Shown here: in pieces, positions 1-10,147 of the stretch
Layout: the number at the start of each line of letters is the position of its first letter
Position numbering within the stretch: position 1 is the first letter of the stretch
From: Caldisericia bacterium
GTDB taxonomy: Bacteria > Caldisericota > Caldisericia > JAAYUI01
NCBI GenBank assembly: GCA_017999835.1
Contig: JAGNLA010000006.1
Coordinates: 1 to 64,000, forward strand
DNA: 64,000 nucleotides
Reading direction: 5' to 3'
The notes under the pieces: generated by a model
What the model saw: only the letters and a program-made list of their open reading frames with translations
Database searches by the model: none
What the model was told of the DNA's origin: nothing
Position numbers and translations under genes: made by a program

Positions 1-100
1 GCTGATTATGTCTGGAAGTACAATCACAGAAAAGAACCTACATCGTATCAAGTGAGATTGTTGTTGAAAATGTTGATTAACAGGAGTAATATGGTCTAAG

Positions 101-793
101 TTGGTGGCTGAGGGTGAGAATTACCCACAAATTTTCATTGATGGGCTTCATTTGATGCCTTACTTTAGCATTGTTGGTGATAAAGTTGCGATCAACACAT
201 TCCATAATGTTACATTCGATGATGGTAGAGAATCGGAATTCGTAGATAATGTCTATTTGCTCGATCTAGATGATGGCGAAATGGAACTTCTCAATGTACC
301 AGGATCGGTTAAATGTGTAGGATACAAAGACCAATTATATTTGGTAATTGACAATAAAAAGGTTGTAAAATACAACATCAAATCAAAATCCTTGGATGGA
401 GAATTATTTGACATCACTAAAAAAATCGAAAATGGATATTGTATGGTCCAACAAAACATCAGCTGGTTCAAATTCCTCGATAATAAAAATCACTACGAAA
501 ATTTCTTGTTCAATCCAAACACTATGGATATATGTCAATCAAACGTAAGTTTTACCGACGATTGGGATTATTTATACAATGACTATTTCTTAGCATGCAT
601 GCGCAAGAATGGTAAGATTGTTGGAATTGACACACAATCATTCAAAGAGACATGGTTTATTTCGACAAATAAGCTTTCAAAATTTAACAAAGTTATCCTT
701 GGTGACGAGCGTGGAATACTCATCCAGAGCGACGGCAAACTCATTTGTTTTGGGCCTCCAGATAATACTGGCAATTCCCAAACAAAACGTTAA
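101..793 (+). CDS. hypothetical protein (230 aa)
   Basis: Long ORF with coding-like composition; no recognisable motif. The start could lie upstream of the window. Confidence 0.45.
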   Translation: MVAEGENYPQIFIDGLHLMPYFSIVGDKVAINTFHNVTFDDGRESEFVDNVYLLDLDDGEMELLNVPGSVKCVGYKDQLYLVIDNKKVVKYNIKSKSLDGELFDITKKIENGYCMVQQNISWFKFLDNKNHYENFLFNPNTMDICQSNVSFTDDWDYLYNDYFLACMRKNGKIVGIDTQSFKETWFISTNKLSKFNKVILGDERGILIQSDGKLICFGPPDNTGNSQTKR

Positions 794-973
794 CGTTGGT
801 TAGTTTCAATGACAAAATGGAGCTGGTTTTGGAAGTTGTTTAAGATGCGTTTGGATCTAAGCGTAAAATCACTTTGGTTACAAGATAGCGTTGAATTGCA
901 GATTCTTGTTTTATATGATTCTGTCAGTTTACGTTGAGTAAACTTTGATGTAAACTAGCTGGCGATATGCAGA

Positions 974-1432
974 TTGGGAGAAAGAGAAGATATCATGATA
1001 ATGCCTCGCCTTATTGACAAATCCATGGTTGCACCGTGCGGAGTGAACTGTATGGTTTGCTATGTGCATTTGAAGAAGAAAAAGCCATGCCCTGGCTGTA
1101 TGTCTGAAGATGCAGCGGGAAAACCGTTACGGTGTTGCAATTGCCAGATAAAGACTTGTTCAGACAGTAGAGGAATCTCGCGTTGTTTTATGTGCTCCGA
1201 TTTTCCCTGCAAACACATCAAGTCTTTGGATAGAAGCTATAAGACACGCTACAACACAAGCATTGTTGGAAATGGGAATTCCATTTTAAATGATGGTTTT
1301 GAAGTTTTCCTTGCCAATGAAAAGCTGAGATGGTCATGCAGTAAATGTGGGGGTGTTGTTTCCGTTCATGACGGAATATGTTCTGAATGTGGTTTTAATT
1401 TCAGGGATGCTGATTTGGTGTCCTTGCTATAA
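974..1432 (+). CDS. Cysteine-rich putative zinc-binding protein (DUF3795-like)
   Basis: 152 aa with about 20 Cys in CxxC/CC clusters (CGVNCMVC, CPGC, CCNCQ, CSKCGG, CSEC). It is followed by a bidirectional terminator. Confidence 0.6.
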   Translation: MGEREDIMIMPRLIDKSMVAPCGVNCMVCYVHLKKKKPCPGCMSEDAAGKPLRCCNCQIKTCSDSRGISRCFMCSDFPCKHIKSLDRSYKTRYNTSIVGNGNSILNDGFEVFLANEKLRWSCSKCGGVVSVHDGICSECGFNFRDADLVSLL

Positions 1433-1433
1433 A

Positions 1434-1470
1434 AAAGGCCGGCAATAAACCGGCCTTTTTGTTTTGTTGA
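1434..1470. terminator. Bidirectional rho-independent terminator
   Basis: Hairpin GGCCGGcaataaaCCGGCC flanked by an A6 run on the left and a T-rich run on the right. It lies between convergent genes. Confidence 0.75.
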
Positions 1471-1474
1471 GGGC

Positions 1475-2893
1475 TTACTCTTTCTTCTCGTCAACCACTT
1501 TTGACTCGTTCTTTGCTGCAATGCCACCGACTATCTTTTCAATGTCGATGCCTGTTGCTGCCTTCATCTGTTCCATGAACTTCAAAAGTGCACCCGGCGC
1601 AGCCGTCATTATCCTTGATACCGACGAATCACCGGCCGATGATCCTCCGCCGTCGAGAGCGACAACCTTGTCGAACTTGATCTGGCCAAGAGCGTTTGCG
1701 CCCATGCCGGCAACTGTCTTGTAAGCTTCAAGCACAAGGTTGAGTCTTGCAGCCTCGCCGTAAGTGTTCCAGGCTTCTGCTTTCCTCATCAATCCTTCAG
1801 CTTCAGCGAATGCAACCAGCTTGATGCCCTGAGCCTCGGCTTCCTTGACCTTGAGGATTTCCATGGCCTGAGCTTCAGCACGGAGGATTCTGGACTGCTT
1901 TTCGGCATCGGCAGGGACGATCATCTCAGCACGATAACGCTGGAGTTCGGCGTCTGCCTTCGCCTGTTCCACACTCTGTCTGGACTTTTGCTCCATCTCG
2001 AGCACTCTCTGCTGTTCCACAACGACTGCCTGCCTGGCTCTTGCCTCGGCAAGCGGTCCCTGCTGGTCGGCTGTTTTTGTGGATGAAAGAGTTTCGCCTC
2101 TGTATGTCTCGCGGGCAACATCCCTTTGCTTCTGTGCTTCTGCGACTTGCCTTTCCTGTTCGGCCTTGACGACCTCGCCCTCGCGGCGGGCTGTCTCGGC
2201 ACTCTTCATGGCGTCCCTTTCGGCTTCGGCGCGACCGATAACGGCGTCTCTCTTTACTTCGGCGGTTCTCTTTATACCAAGTGATTCAAGATAGCCCTTG
2301 TCGTCGCGGATGTCCTGGATGTTGATGATATCGATGATGACGCCGATTTTTGCAAGCTCTTCGGAAGTTTGCTCAAGCACTTTCGAGATGAACAGGTCTT
2401 TTTCACGGTATAGTTGTTCGACAGTCATGATGCCGATGATGTCACGCAGCTGACCTTCAAGCGTCTGCTTGATGATCTGCATGATCTGCTGCTTTGTTGA
2501 CCCAAGGAATCTTTCGACTGCGCGAGCAATCATCTCCTCGTCACTACCAATTTTGACGTTTGCCACGGCGTCAATCGTGACTGGAACGCCTTCTTTTGAG
2601 TACTGATTCACTACCCTTACATCGGAGAGGTTCATCAATTCAAGCGAAATTCTGCTGACCTTTTCGATGACAGGCACTCTGAATGCAGCGCCGCCGACGA
2701 TTGCCCTCCAGCCACGGGTGACCCAGTGCTTGTTGCCCTTGTCGTCTTCAACCAGTGTCCTGTAGCGTCGTCCTGTCAGGATGAGTGCTTCTGATGGTTC
2801 TGCCTTGAGATAGTTACTGACAAACAACGAGAAAATAATTATTATTCCGACAACTCCAAGTATTGCAATCACAGCGATTGTTCCAATAGTCAT
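1475..2893 (-). CDS. Flotillin-like SPFH/band-7 family protein
   Basis: N-terminal TM helix, an SPFH domain, and a long Ala/Glu/Arg/Gln-rich coiled-coil (AEAERDAMKSAETARREGEVVKAEQERQ...) typical of bacterial flotillins (FloT/YqiK). Confidence 0.85.
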   Translation of the reverse strand: MTIGTIAVIAILGVVGIIIIFSLFVSNYLKAEPSEALILTGRRYRTLVEDDKGNKHWVTRGWRAIVGGAAFRVPVIEKVSRISLELMNLSDVRVVNQYSKEGVPVTIDAVANVKIGSDEEMIARAVERFLGSTKQQIMQIIKQTLEGQLRDIIGIMTVEQLYREKDLFISKVLEQTSEELAKIGVIIDIINIQDIRDDKGYLESLGIKRTAEVKRDAVIGRAEAERDAMKSAETARREGEVVKAEQERQVAEAQKQRDVARETYRGETLSSTKTADQQGPLAEARARQAVVVEQQRVLEMEQKSRQSVEQAKADAELQRYRAEMIVPADAEKQSRILRAEAQAMEILKVKEAEAQGIKLVAFAEAEGLMRKAEAWNTYGEAARLNLVLEAYKTVAGMGANALGQIKFDKVVALDGGGSSAGDSSVSRIMTAAPGALLKFMEQMKAATGIDIEKIVGGIAAKNESKVVDEKKE

Positions 2894-2911
2894 TTAATTG
2901 TCCTCCTCCGA

Positions 2912-3508
2912 TTACTGGACTTTTGCAAGTCCGCCTGTCACCGACATTACGGTGATCTTTTGCCCTTTTTTGAATCCGGTGTTTGCTGATGCTGACATGG
3001 CTCTTATGTATATGGTCTGACCTGTCTTGGGATCGGTTGTTCTGATCTCACCGACTGAGCCTGGAAGTATTTCTGAAGTCACGATACCTTCCGCGCTGAC
3101 CATTCTCTGTGTACTGACCAGCGAGTTGGCCTGCAGCCTGAAGAGCATCTTGAGCAGCTGGTAGACAACAAAGTATGTTACCAATCCACCAACAATACCC
3201 AATGCCCAGTGGGGGACGTATGGAATGTTGTAATACCAGCCTATATAGCCTGCAACGCCAAAGCCAATTATGAAAGCCAGAATAAGCCGCAAACCCAGAA
3301 TACCAGGGCCATCGCCAGGGATTTCTCCTGCATGGAGTTCAATTCCATGAACATCGAAATCATGACCGTTGCCTCCGATGTTTAGATCGTGGTCAATATC
3401 ATGACCTACACCGGAAAAATCGTGGTGTCCCAATCCTGTCAGAAGCATTATCAGAAGGAAGAGGGTGGCACCGCCTACCATAATCAGATAAACTGTTCCC
3501 ATATCCAT
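2912..3508 (-). CDS. NfeD-like membrane protein (flotillin partner)
   Basis: Polytopic hydrophobic N-terminal part plus a C-terminal OB-fold-like segment (GQKITVMSVTGGLAKVQ). It is immediately upstream of the flotillin gene in an operon arrangement. Confidence 0.7.
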   Translation of the reverse strand: MDMGTVYLIMVGGATLFLLIMLLTGLGHHDFSGVGHDIDHDLNIGGNGHDFDVHGIELHAGEIPGDGPGILGLRLILAFIIGFGVAGYIGWYYNIPYVPHWALGIVGGLVTYFVVYQLLKMLFRLQANSLVSTQRMVSAEGIVTSEILPGSVGEIRTTDPKTGQTIYIRAMSASANTGFKKGQKITVMSVTGGLAKVQ

Positions 3509-3602
3509 TTTCTTTGCTCTCCTTTTATTCTAAACAATGGATGGCTTTTGGCAATATTTCCATTCTCTAAGACACACTAATATTATATTTGTTTTTTTAC
3601 GG

Positions 3603-3631
3603 TTGCCAAAGAGGAGTGGGTTGTCTATAAT
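3603..3631 (+). promoter_or_regulatory. Sigma70-type promoter
   Basis: TTGCCA, 17 bp spacer, TATAAT. It ends 9 nt before the ATG at 3640. Confidence 0.5.
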
Positions 3632-3639
3632 GGTCAAAA

Positions 3640-4257
3640 ATGAGAAAGAATCTTAGCATTTCTACTGAAGCACTGGGAAAGATGCTCGCTGAGTATCTGG
3701 TTATTCAAGGATGGGCGGAGGAGAATCCCGATGGTTCAATAACGCTCAACCAAACAGGCATGGAGAAGCTTTCTGGCCCTCCATACTTTTTCTACCTGCG
3801 TGACGAGGACAGTCCTGATGAAGTCAATCAGGTAGAAATTGCTAGCACGGCAGCAACATTCACTTGGTACCAGAAGAATTTTTCCCCTGGGAAGTTCAAG
3901 CAGCGTAATGACGACAAACAAACCCAGATGCAACCTGATCTAAACAACTGGAAACCAGGATTGATATCAAATGGATCTGACAATCCCAGACCTCAACCCA
4001 TGCAAATGTACAACTCCCGACCACAGCAACAGGGTGGTAAGAAATTCTATCCAAAGCACCAAGGAAATCAGCAACATGGGCAACAGGGTGGAAAGAAATT
4101 CTTCAATAAGAACTATCAACACAACAACAATAATCAGCATTTCCAGAAAAAACAGAACACAGGCTCACAGGTGGGCGGTTCACCGATAAAACTTTCGCAT
4201 AATGTTCCCCAGATAGCAAAACCTCAACACTTCAAAAACAACAAATTCAGGAAGTGA
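3640..4257 (+). CDS. Q/N-rich low-complexity protein with an internal tandem repeat
   Basis: The C-terminal half is dominated by Q, N, G and K, with the repeated unit QQGGKKF(Y/F)xK...Q. The N-terminal ~90 aa is globular. Confidence 0.5.
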   Translation: MRKNLSISTEALGKMLAEYLVIQGWAEENPDGSITLNQTGMEKLSGPPYFFYLRDEDSPDEVNQVEIASTAATFTWYQKNFSPGKFKQRNDDKQTQMQPDLNNWKPGLISNGSDNPRPQPMQMYNSRPQQQGGKKFYPKHQGNQQHGQQGGKKFFNKNYQHNNNNQHFQKKQNTGSQVGGSPIKLSHNVPQIAKPQHFKNNKFRK

Positions 4258-4421
4258 CTTTCGCTAGGCTTTTTAACATTCTGCCTATGAGAGTTGCCAT
4301 GGCCAGGCAGACAGATAAAGGTCAATTGTCTATTTTTTTGGTGTAGTTTAAAATTACGCAGGCATGTCCAGTTGTTTTTCTATTTCGATGAACGCTTGCA
4401 TGGTTTTTCCTTTGCGGTATT

Positions 4422-7400
4422 ATGAACATGTCAGGAGGTTTTATGAAAGAACAAAAATGGTTATCAATCATCCTAACTCTGGCTTTGTTGTTACAGATTC
4501 AAGTCAATCCTGTCAAAGCCGAACCCTATACGGTGCTTAAAAGCACGGTCTGGAATGGCACTGTTGTCATGCCGGAAGGGTTTTATGTGGCGCCAGGCGC
4601 AACACTCACCATTGTTCCGGGCACGGTTGTAAAGCTTGGCGGCAATATAGGCGTGAAGGGCAAGATAAAAGCTCTTGGCAATCCAGGTGAACCGATAGTT
4701 TTCACATCTGCAAAAGATAAACCTCAAGCAGGTGACTGGGGTTATTTTGAGTTCCAGACGACTGACGGAGCCTGTGACTTCTCATTCTGCAAATTCCAGT
4801 ATGGTGGCAAAGGTGGTTTTGGCACACTCAAAATTGGCGCCCCTACGGGCATGGATGACAGAGTGCATTTTGATAATTGTACCGTTTCAGATTCAGCCTC
4901 ACAGGGAATTTGGATTGCCAAAGGGAATCCAATCATTTCAAGCTGTATCATAAAAAATTGTGCTGATCCGGCAAAAGGCGCAGGCATCTGGTTGCAGGAG
5001 GCGTCAAGTCCATCCATTTCAGGGACATCAATTGAAAACTGTACAATGGCCATAAAAACTGACCTGGACAGCACTCCGTCCATGCTTGGTAATAGAGCCA
5101 GCGGAAACAAGAAAAATGCAGTTGTTGTCGATACGGGAACAATTTCCAAAAATATTACATGGGATTCCAACATCCCATACCTGCTTGAAAAACAGATTGT
5201 CATTGCCAAGTCGGGCGTATTGACGGTCATGCCTGGCAATGTCATTAAAACTGCTTCTTCAATTGCTGTTGCGGATGGCTCGTTGCATCTGATGGGAACA
5301 GCCGAAGAACCGGTGACTGTCACCTCGGTCAATGACGACTCTGTTGGTGGTGATGTTTATAGTGATGGTCAAGGAAAAACACCACAGGCTGGCGATTGGG
5401 GACAGATAGAGTTTCAAACCCAGGCCATGCCAAGCACATTGACGTATACAAATCTGTATTATGGCGGTGGCAAGGTCGACAATAACAGTGGTTATGGCAT
5501 CATAAAGTTCGGCGCAGCTGGCGGTGTCGGAAACAACATCAAACTGTACAATTGCAATATCGCCCACTCTCAGACGACCGGTCTATGGTTCCAGGCTTCA
5601 TCGCCGTCACTTTACAACTGCTCGGTAAGCGATTGCAAAAACGAAGAGTTTGGCGCAGCTGTCTGGCTGATGAGCAAGAGCAAGCCTTTGCTTTGGGGAT
5701 GCAAACTCACAGACTGCAAGTGGGCAATCTACTCCGACGGCGACTCCTATGCCATGGGCAAGGAGATGGTTGTCGAGAAGAATCAATTCAACTGCATCTA
5801 TTACGGTGAAAGGTACGAAAGCCTTCTGCTTGACGGCGAGGTTGTGTGGGATTCTGAGTTGGTTCATTACATTCCAAAAACCATTGGTGTTCAGCCGACA
5901 GGCGTTTTAAGGCTCATGCCTGGCGTAATCCTGAAATACTCAGGCATCATCAGGGTCGACGGCAGGCTTGTAGCCATAGGCACAAAGGAAAAACCAATTT
6001 ACTTCACATCAATAAAAGACGACACCGTCGGTGGCGACACAAATGGCGATGGCACCATGGGAGACCCCAAGCCTGGCGACAACCAGGGCATTCAGTTTCT
6101 GTCATCTCGAGGAAAGTCGATTCTGAGCAACTGCATCATAAGGTACGGTGGAGAAGGTGGCAACGGAAACGTCTACTTTGGCCAGGACAAGAATGTCAAA
6201 AACGAACAAGTGATGGACAATTGTCTGATCTCTGATTCACTCAACCAAGCCATAAAGTGCAGAAAAGCCAATGTCGATATCATGAATTGCCAGATAAAAA
6301 ACTGCCAAAATAAAAACACTGGCTTTGCTGTTCAAATGGAAAACGAAAGTTTTGTCAGAATGATTGATTGTTCAATTGACAAAACCATGCACCTGTTTGA
6401 CATGACGCCTGAGTGCAGTTTCAAGACGAAAAACATAACATCAACCAACATCGGCGAGGAGCTTGTCGGTGGTTATGGCGGAATTCACATAAACAAAACT
6501 CTGGGCAAAAGGCTTCAGAAGAATACCATTTGGAACGCTGAGTACCCGTTTATCCTTGAAGATGATTTCTATGTCGACAAGGATGTCACCCTTACCATTG
6601 CAAAAGGCAACGTTGTCAAGCTTCCAAAATCATTTTATGTTTATGGCACCCTCAATTGTGCCGGTACAGAAGACGCCCCGATCTACTTCACCTCCGTTCA
6701 TGACGATACAGCAGGCGGGGACAGCAACTTGAATGGAGCTTTATCATTGCCAAGACCAGGTGATCATGGCCAGATAGAGTTCAACGGTTCTATAGGCGAG
6801 TGCTCTATAAGTCACGTTATTGTAAGGTATGGCGGAGCTGACCTCAATCAGGGAACCATCAAGATAGGTGGCAACACCGGCGTTGACAGCAAACTCAAGC
6901 TCTCAAACCTAACTGTCGAAAACAGCTCCACCCAGGGACTTTACATTCAAAACTCAAAACCCGAGATAAAAAACATAATAATCACAGGCTGCAAAAATCA
7001 GGATCAGCTCGGTGCAGCCATTTATGTCACAGGCCAGTCTGACCCTGACATCATGTACGCCAACATCACAGATTGCACCTGGGCTGCTTACAATAACATG
7101 CTCAAGGGTGGCGACCTTACAATGCAGAACGTCTGGTTTGGCGACCCATCAGGTCCAACTGATCCTGAAGGCAACCCGGACGGCAAAGGTTTGCCGATAA
7201 AGGGCAGCGTTTCATACAAACCATTTGAAAAAGAACCACTTAAGTTTGTTGGCGCTGGTGGCAAGGGCGGAGAGCTTCCGCCGTATACAAGACCGGTTCC
7301 AACGTTTGAATCGCCCGTGGAAGTTCCATTAGCCTTGGAAGTCAACCCAATGATAGTGAAAGCCAACGCTGGCTCTACGTTTGAGATTGAAGCAAAATCG

Positions 7401-8495
7401 GGTGTTGCTCCGTATAAGTTCAAATCACTTGACGATTCCATCTGCAAACTGACTGACCAAAAAGATGGTGTGGCAAAGTTCGCAATGACAGGTACTGGCG
7501 CAACAATGGTTCAGGTATCTGATTCCAGCGACCAGATGGACAACGTCTGGGTAACCAATAAAACCGTAGGTTCCCCCAAAACTTTGCCGATCCTTACTCC
7601 ACAGGCATCCGTGGTTAAGGTTGGCTGGACAACCAGTTTCAAAGTTGTAGGCAATATGTCCGAAGAACCAAAAGCAATGTTAATGCCTGGGCTTTCAGCC
7701 AATATTGTAGATTCCAACAATGGAGAAATCACTGTTTATGGCAAAAAGGCCGGAGTGGAAGCCATAAAAGTTGTTATTGGCAATGTTTCAATGGAATCAA
7801 AGATAATCATCTACGCTGACGATGGCACAACACACGAGTCGGTCTGGGATTTCAGGGCTACCCCAGGTGACGGCAAGGCCAGGCTGATGTGGAAACTGCC
7901 AAACATCCAGCAAAAAACATTCGAAGGTGTTGTGCTGATGATGAATGGGAATCCGATAACCGAGGTTGGAAACGAACAAACAAACTATACAGTCACAGGC
8001 TTGAAAAACGGTACAACCTACACCTTTGGCATAAGAGCAAGATCTGGTGGCAGCACGATCACAAAAACCTGTACACCAGGGAAACTCTCAAATTCCATAG
8101 TCCTTTGGATTGGAAAACCAGATGTCATTGTTGACGGCACCAAGGGTTTCGTCGACAAAAATAAAGCTGTTGTGCCAACCATCGTAGGTAAATCGACGAT
8201 GGTGCCGTTCAGGTTTATTGGAGAGGCTCTGGGTGCCGAAATCAGTTGGGTTGGCGACACCAAAGAAGTTGGTTTCTGGACTCCGAGAGCAGACATTAAA
8301 ATTTATATTGGCAAGAAAACGGGTACAAGCTTTGAAACACAGATAACAATAGACCCCCCTCCACAAGTAATCCTGGGGAAAACCTATATTCCTCTGAGAA
8401 CTGTTTCAGAATTGCTTGGCGCAAAAGTTGTGTATGAAGCGAAAACCAAGAAGATCACAATCACCTATGAAAGGCCATGGTCGGCCAACTGGTGA
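4422..8495 (+). CDS. Secreted right-handed beta-helix repeat protein with FN3-like and C-terminal copper-amine-oxidase-N1-like domain
   Basis: Signal peptide (LSIILTLALLLQIQVNPVKA). Four recurring modules TS(x)(K/N/H)DD(S/T)(V/A)GGD...P(Q/K/R)(A/P)GD(W/N/H)G(Y/Q)(F/I)(E/Q)F with NCxI/NCT beta-helix rungs. An FN3-like segment (TYTFGIRARSGG). The C-terminus (VLWIGKPDVIVDG...VPFRFIGEALGAEISW...IPLRTVSELLGAKVVY) resembles Cu_amine_oxidN1 stalk domains. Confidence 0.85.
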   Translation: MNMSGGFMKEQKWLSIILTLALLLQIQVNPVKAEPYTVLKSTVWNGTVVMPEGFYVAPGATLTIVPGTVVKLGGNIGVKGKIKALGNPGEPIVFTSAKDKPQAGDWGYFEFQTTDGACDFSFCKFQYGGKGGFGTLKIGAPTGMDDRVHFDNCTVSDSASQGIWIAKGNPIISSCIIKNCADPAKGAGIWLQEASSPSISGTSIENCTMAIKTDLDSTPSMLGNRASGNKKNAVVVDTGTISKNITWDSNIPYLLEKQIVIAKSGVLTVMPGNVIKTASSIAVADGSLHLMGTAEEPVTVTSVNDDSVGGDVYSDGQGKTPQAGDWGQIEFQTQAMPSTLTYTNLYYGGGKVDNNSGYGIIKFGAAGGVGNNIKLYNCNIAHSQTTGLWFQASSPSLYNCSVSDCKNEEFGAAVWLMSKSKPLLWGCKLTDCKWAIYSDGDSYAMGKEMVVEKNQFNCIYYGERYESLLLDGEVVWDSELVHYIPKTIGVQPTGVLRLMPGVILKYSGIIRVDGRLVAIGTKEKPIYFTSIKDDTVGGDTNGDGTMGDPKPGDNQGIQFLSSRGKSILSNCIIRYGGEGGNGNVYFGQDKNVKNEQVMDNCLISDSLNQAIKCRKANVDIMNCQIKNCQNKNTGFAVQMENESFVRMIDCSIDKTMHLFDMTPECSFKTKNITSTNIGEELVGGYGGIHINKTLGKRLQKNTIWNAEYPFILEDDFYVDKDVTLTIAKGNVVKLPKSFYVYGTLNCAGTEDAPIYFTSVHDDTAGGDSNLNGALSLPRPGDHGQIEFNGSIGECSISHVIVRYGGADLNQGTIKIGGNTGVDSKLKLSNLTVENSSTQGLYIQNSKPEIKNIIITGCKNQDQLGAAIYVTGQSDPDIMYANITDCTWAAYNNMLKGGDLTMQNVWFGDPSGPTDPEGNPDGKGLPIKGSVSYKPFEKEPLKFVGAGGKGGELPPYTRPVPTFESPVEVPLALEVNPMIVKANAGSTFEIEAKSGVAPYKFKSLDDSICKLTDQKDGVAKFAMTGTGATMVQVSDSSDQMDNVWVTNKTVGSPKTLPILTPQASVVKVGWTTSFKVVGNMSEEPKAMLMPGLSANIVDSNNGEITVYGKKAGVEAIKVVIGNVSMESKIIIYADDGTTHESVWDFRATPGDGKARLMWKLPNIQQKTFEGVVLMMNGNPITEVGNEQTNYTVTGLKNGTTYTFGIRARSGGSTITKTCTPGKLSNSIVLWIGKPDVIVDGTKGFVDKNKAVVPTIVGKSTMVPFRFIGEALGAEISWVGDTKEVGFWTPRADIKIYIGKKTGTSFETQITIDPPPQVILGKTYIPLRTVSELLGAKVVYEAKTKKITITYERPWSANW

Positions 8496-8504
8496 GGAGG
8501 TAGA

Positions 8505-9164
8505 ATGTATCGCGGTCAAATAATGGTAATCGATGACGCACCCTATATCTGTAACATGATCGAAACGTTGCTATCCGGTGTTGGTTATGAAGTTACGTGT
8601 TTTACAAAAGCCAGAGAAGCTTTGATGTCACTCTCCAAGGGTTCCCCTGATCTGATCATATGCGACATCGTCATGCCAGAAATGGATGGTTTTGAGTTCA
8701 GACGGGCTTTAACCGAAGACCGACGCACAGCCCACATCCCTTTCTGTTTTCTGACAGCAAAGGATGACATGGAACTGATGATTGAAGGTATGAACGCAGG
8801 TGTGCTTGACTATTTCAAAAAACCAATCTCCCCGAAAGAACTTCTTGAGCACATCGACAGGATCATGGACAACCTCAATGGTGCAAGAAACCACTTGCTG
8901 GATAGAATTTTGGCTGAAGGTGATCTTGAAACTGTCAAATTCCCCATGATTGAAAGAGTTCTGGATTCAATAAAGTACACAGGGAAGCTGATTATGGACT
9001 CCAAGTCGGTAAACCCTTTGACTATTTTTTACAGGCGTGGTCGACCAATAGCAGCCAATCGCCAGGATGGCACGACAGGACACGAAGCCTACGTGCTTGC
9101 TGACAAAATGTTTGGCCAGTTCTCGGTCGAACTGATTACCGAAGAGGTTGTGGTACAGTTCTAG
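8505..9164 (+). CDS. Response regulator, REC domain plus DUF4388-like C-terminal domain
   Basis: CheY-like receiver (MVIDDAPYI...DLIICDIVMPEMDGFEF...FLTAK). The C-terminal block (GDLETVKFPMIERVLDSIKYTGKLIM...GHEAYVLADKMFGQFSV) matches the DUF4388 pattern. It starts 10 nt after the beta-helix gene. Confidence 0.75.
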   Translation: MYRGQIMVIDDAPYICNMIETLLSGVGYEVTCFTKAREALMSLSKGSPDLIICDIVMPEMDGFEFRRALTEDRRTAHIPFCFLTAKDDMELMIEGMNAGVLDYFKKPISPKELLEHIDRIMDNLNGARNHLLDRILAEGDLETVKFPMIERVLDSIKYTGKLIMDSKSVNPLTIFYRRGRPIAANRQDGTTGHEAYVLADKMFGQFSVELITEEVVVQF

Positions 9165-9183
9165 CAGAAACATCTATTATTGA

Positions 9184-9226
9184 TAACGGCGGGATTTAGT
9201 TCTATCCTGCCGTTTTTTATTTTTAA
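9184..9226 (+). terminator. Rho-independent terminator
   Basis: Hairpin ACGGCGGGAtttagttctaTCCTGCCGT followed by a T6 run. Confidence 0.55.
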
Positions 9227-9259
9227 TGGCCTATTGACAAATCAAAAGTTGAGAATATA

Positions 9260-9931
9260 TTGAGCAATAACTCAATGAGTAAGGAGTTAATGAGTATGGA
9301 CTCAAGCCAAAGAAGCGATCGCAAGGAAAAAACGAGAAAAGCAATCATGGACTCAGCCTTCCAACTTTTCTCGGATAATGGCATTATGAGCACAACAACC
9401 CAGGAAATAGCCAGAAATGCAAACATTTCCCATGGGCTTATCTTCTCATACTTTCCCACGCGCGACATCCTCATCCTGACGATGATTGAAGACTTTGGAC
9501 TCAGGCTGGTTTCGCGCATGAATGAGCTTTCCCAGCCTTTGGGGTCGCTTGAGCAAACGCTGGAGTCTGACCTGACCGTGATAGCCGAAAACGAGGCATT
9601 TTATGCCAGGCTCATGCACGAGGGGCCGACAATTCCACAAACGGCAAGATCAAGCTACATCGTCAACTTGAACTCGATTTCTGCAAAAATCCTGGCTGCC
9701 ATTAAAAGAGAGTTCAAATCGGAGGGTATGAGCGACCAGAGCGCGCAGATGTGGTTGCGATGCTGGAATGGTCTGGTTCTTTACTACCTGATGTATCGCG
9801 ACCTTATCGACCCGGGGAAATCCGTAATAAATGAAAAAAAGGATGAGATAATAAGTTTTTTTGTCAAGTCTATAAAGGGGAGCATTTATGAAACGCTGTC
9901 AATCATGTGGAAGGCTCATCGAACTGCTTGA
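9260..9931 (+). CDS. TetR/AcrR family transcriptional regulator
   Basis: N-terminal HTH (KTRKAIMDSAFQLFSDNGIMSTTTQEIARNANISHGLIFSYFPTRD) typical of TetR. Its 3' end overlaps the next gene by 44 bp. Confidence 0.8.
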   Translation: MSNNSMSKELMSMDSSQRSDRKEKTRKAIMDSAFQLFSDNGIMSTTTQEIARNANISHGLIFSYFPTRDILILTMIEDFGLRLVSRMNELSQPLGSLEQTLESDLTVIAENEAFYARLMHEGPTIPQTARSSYIVNLNSISAKILAAIKREFKSEGMSDQSAQMWLRCWNGLVLYYLMYRDLIDPGKSVINEKKDEIISFFVKSIKGSIYETLSIMWKAHRTA

Positions 9932-10147
9932 AGACTTTGCCGGACTCGACCAATCCAGCATTTATTGCCCATCTTGCGCTGATGATCGCGGAAAGCTTAG
10001 GTCTTTTGAAGAGGTTTTGGAGAATCTCACCCAAAGGATAGCAAAAACCGATGGTTTTGATGAGTCAGCCTCAAGAAACGCAGCTTTGCAGATACTAGGG
10101 AGACAACCGGCCTGGGAGCCGAAGTTCAAACGGGAGGAAAAAGTGAA
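9888..10147 (+). repeat. 260-bp perfect direct repeat, copy 1
   Basis: By eye, identical to 12033-12292 at every base. It encodes aa 1-87 of paralog A. Confidence 0.9.

Noticed and set aside
4742-5332. 196-aa antisense ORF, plus many 60-120-aa ORFs inside the giant genes (4422-8495, 44108-52716)
   Set aside because: They are fully embedded in and antisense or out-of-frame to strongly supported long coding regions, with no RBS.
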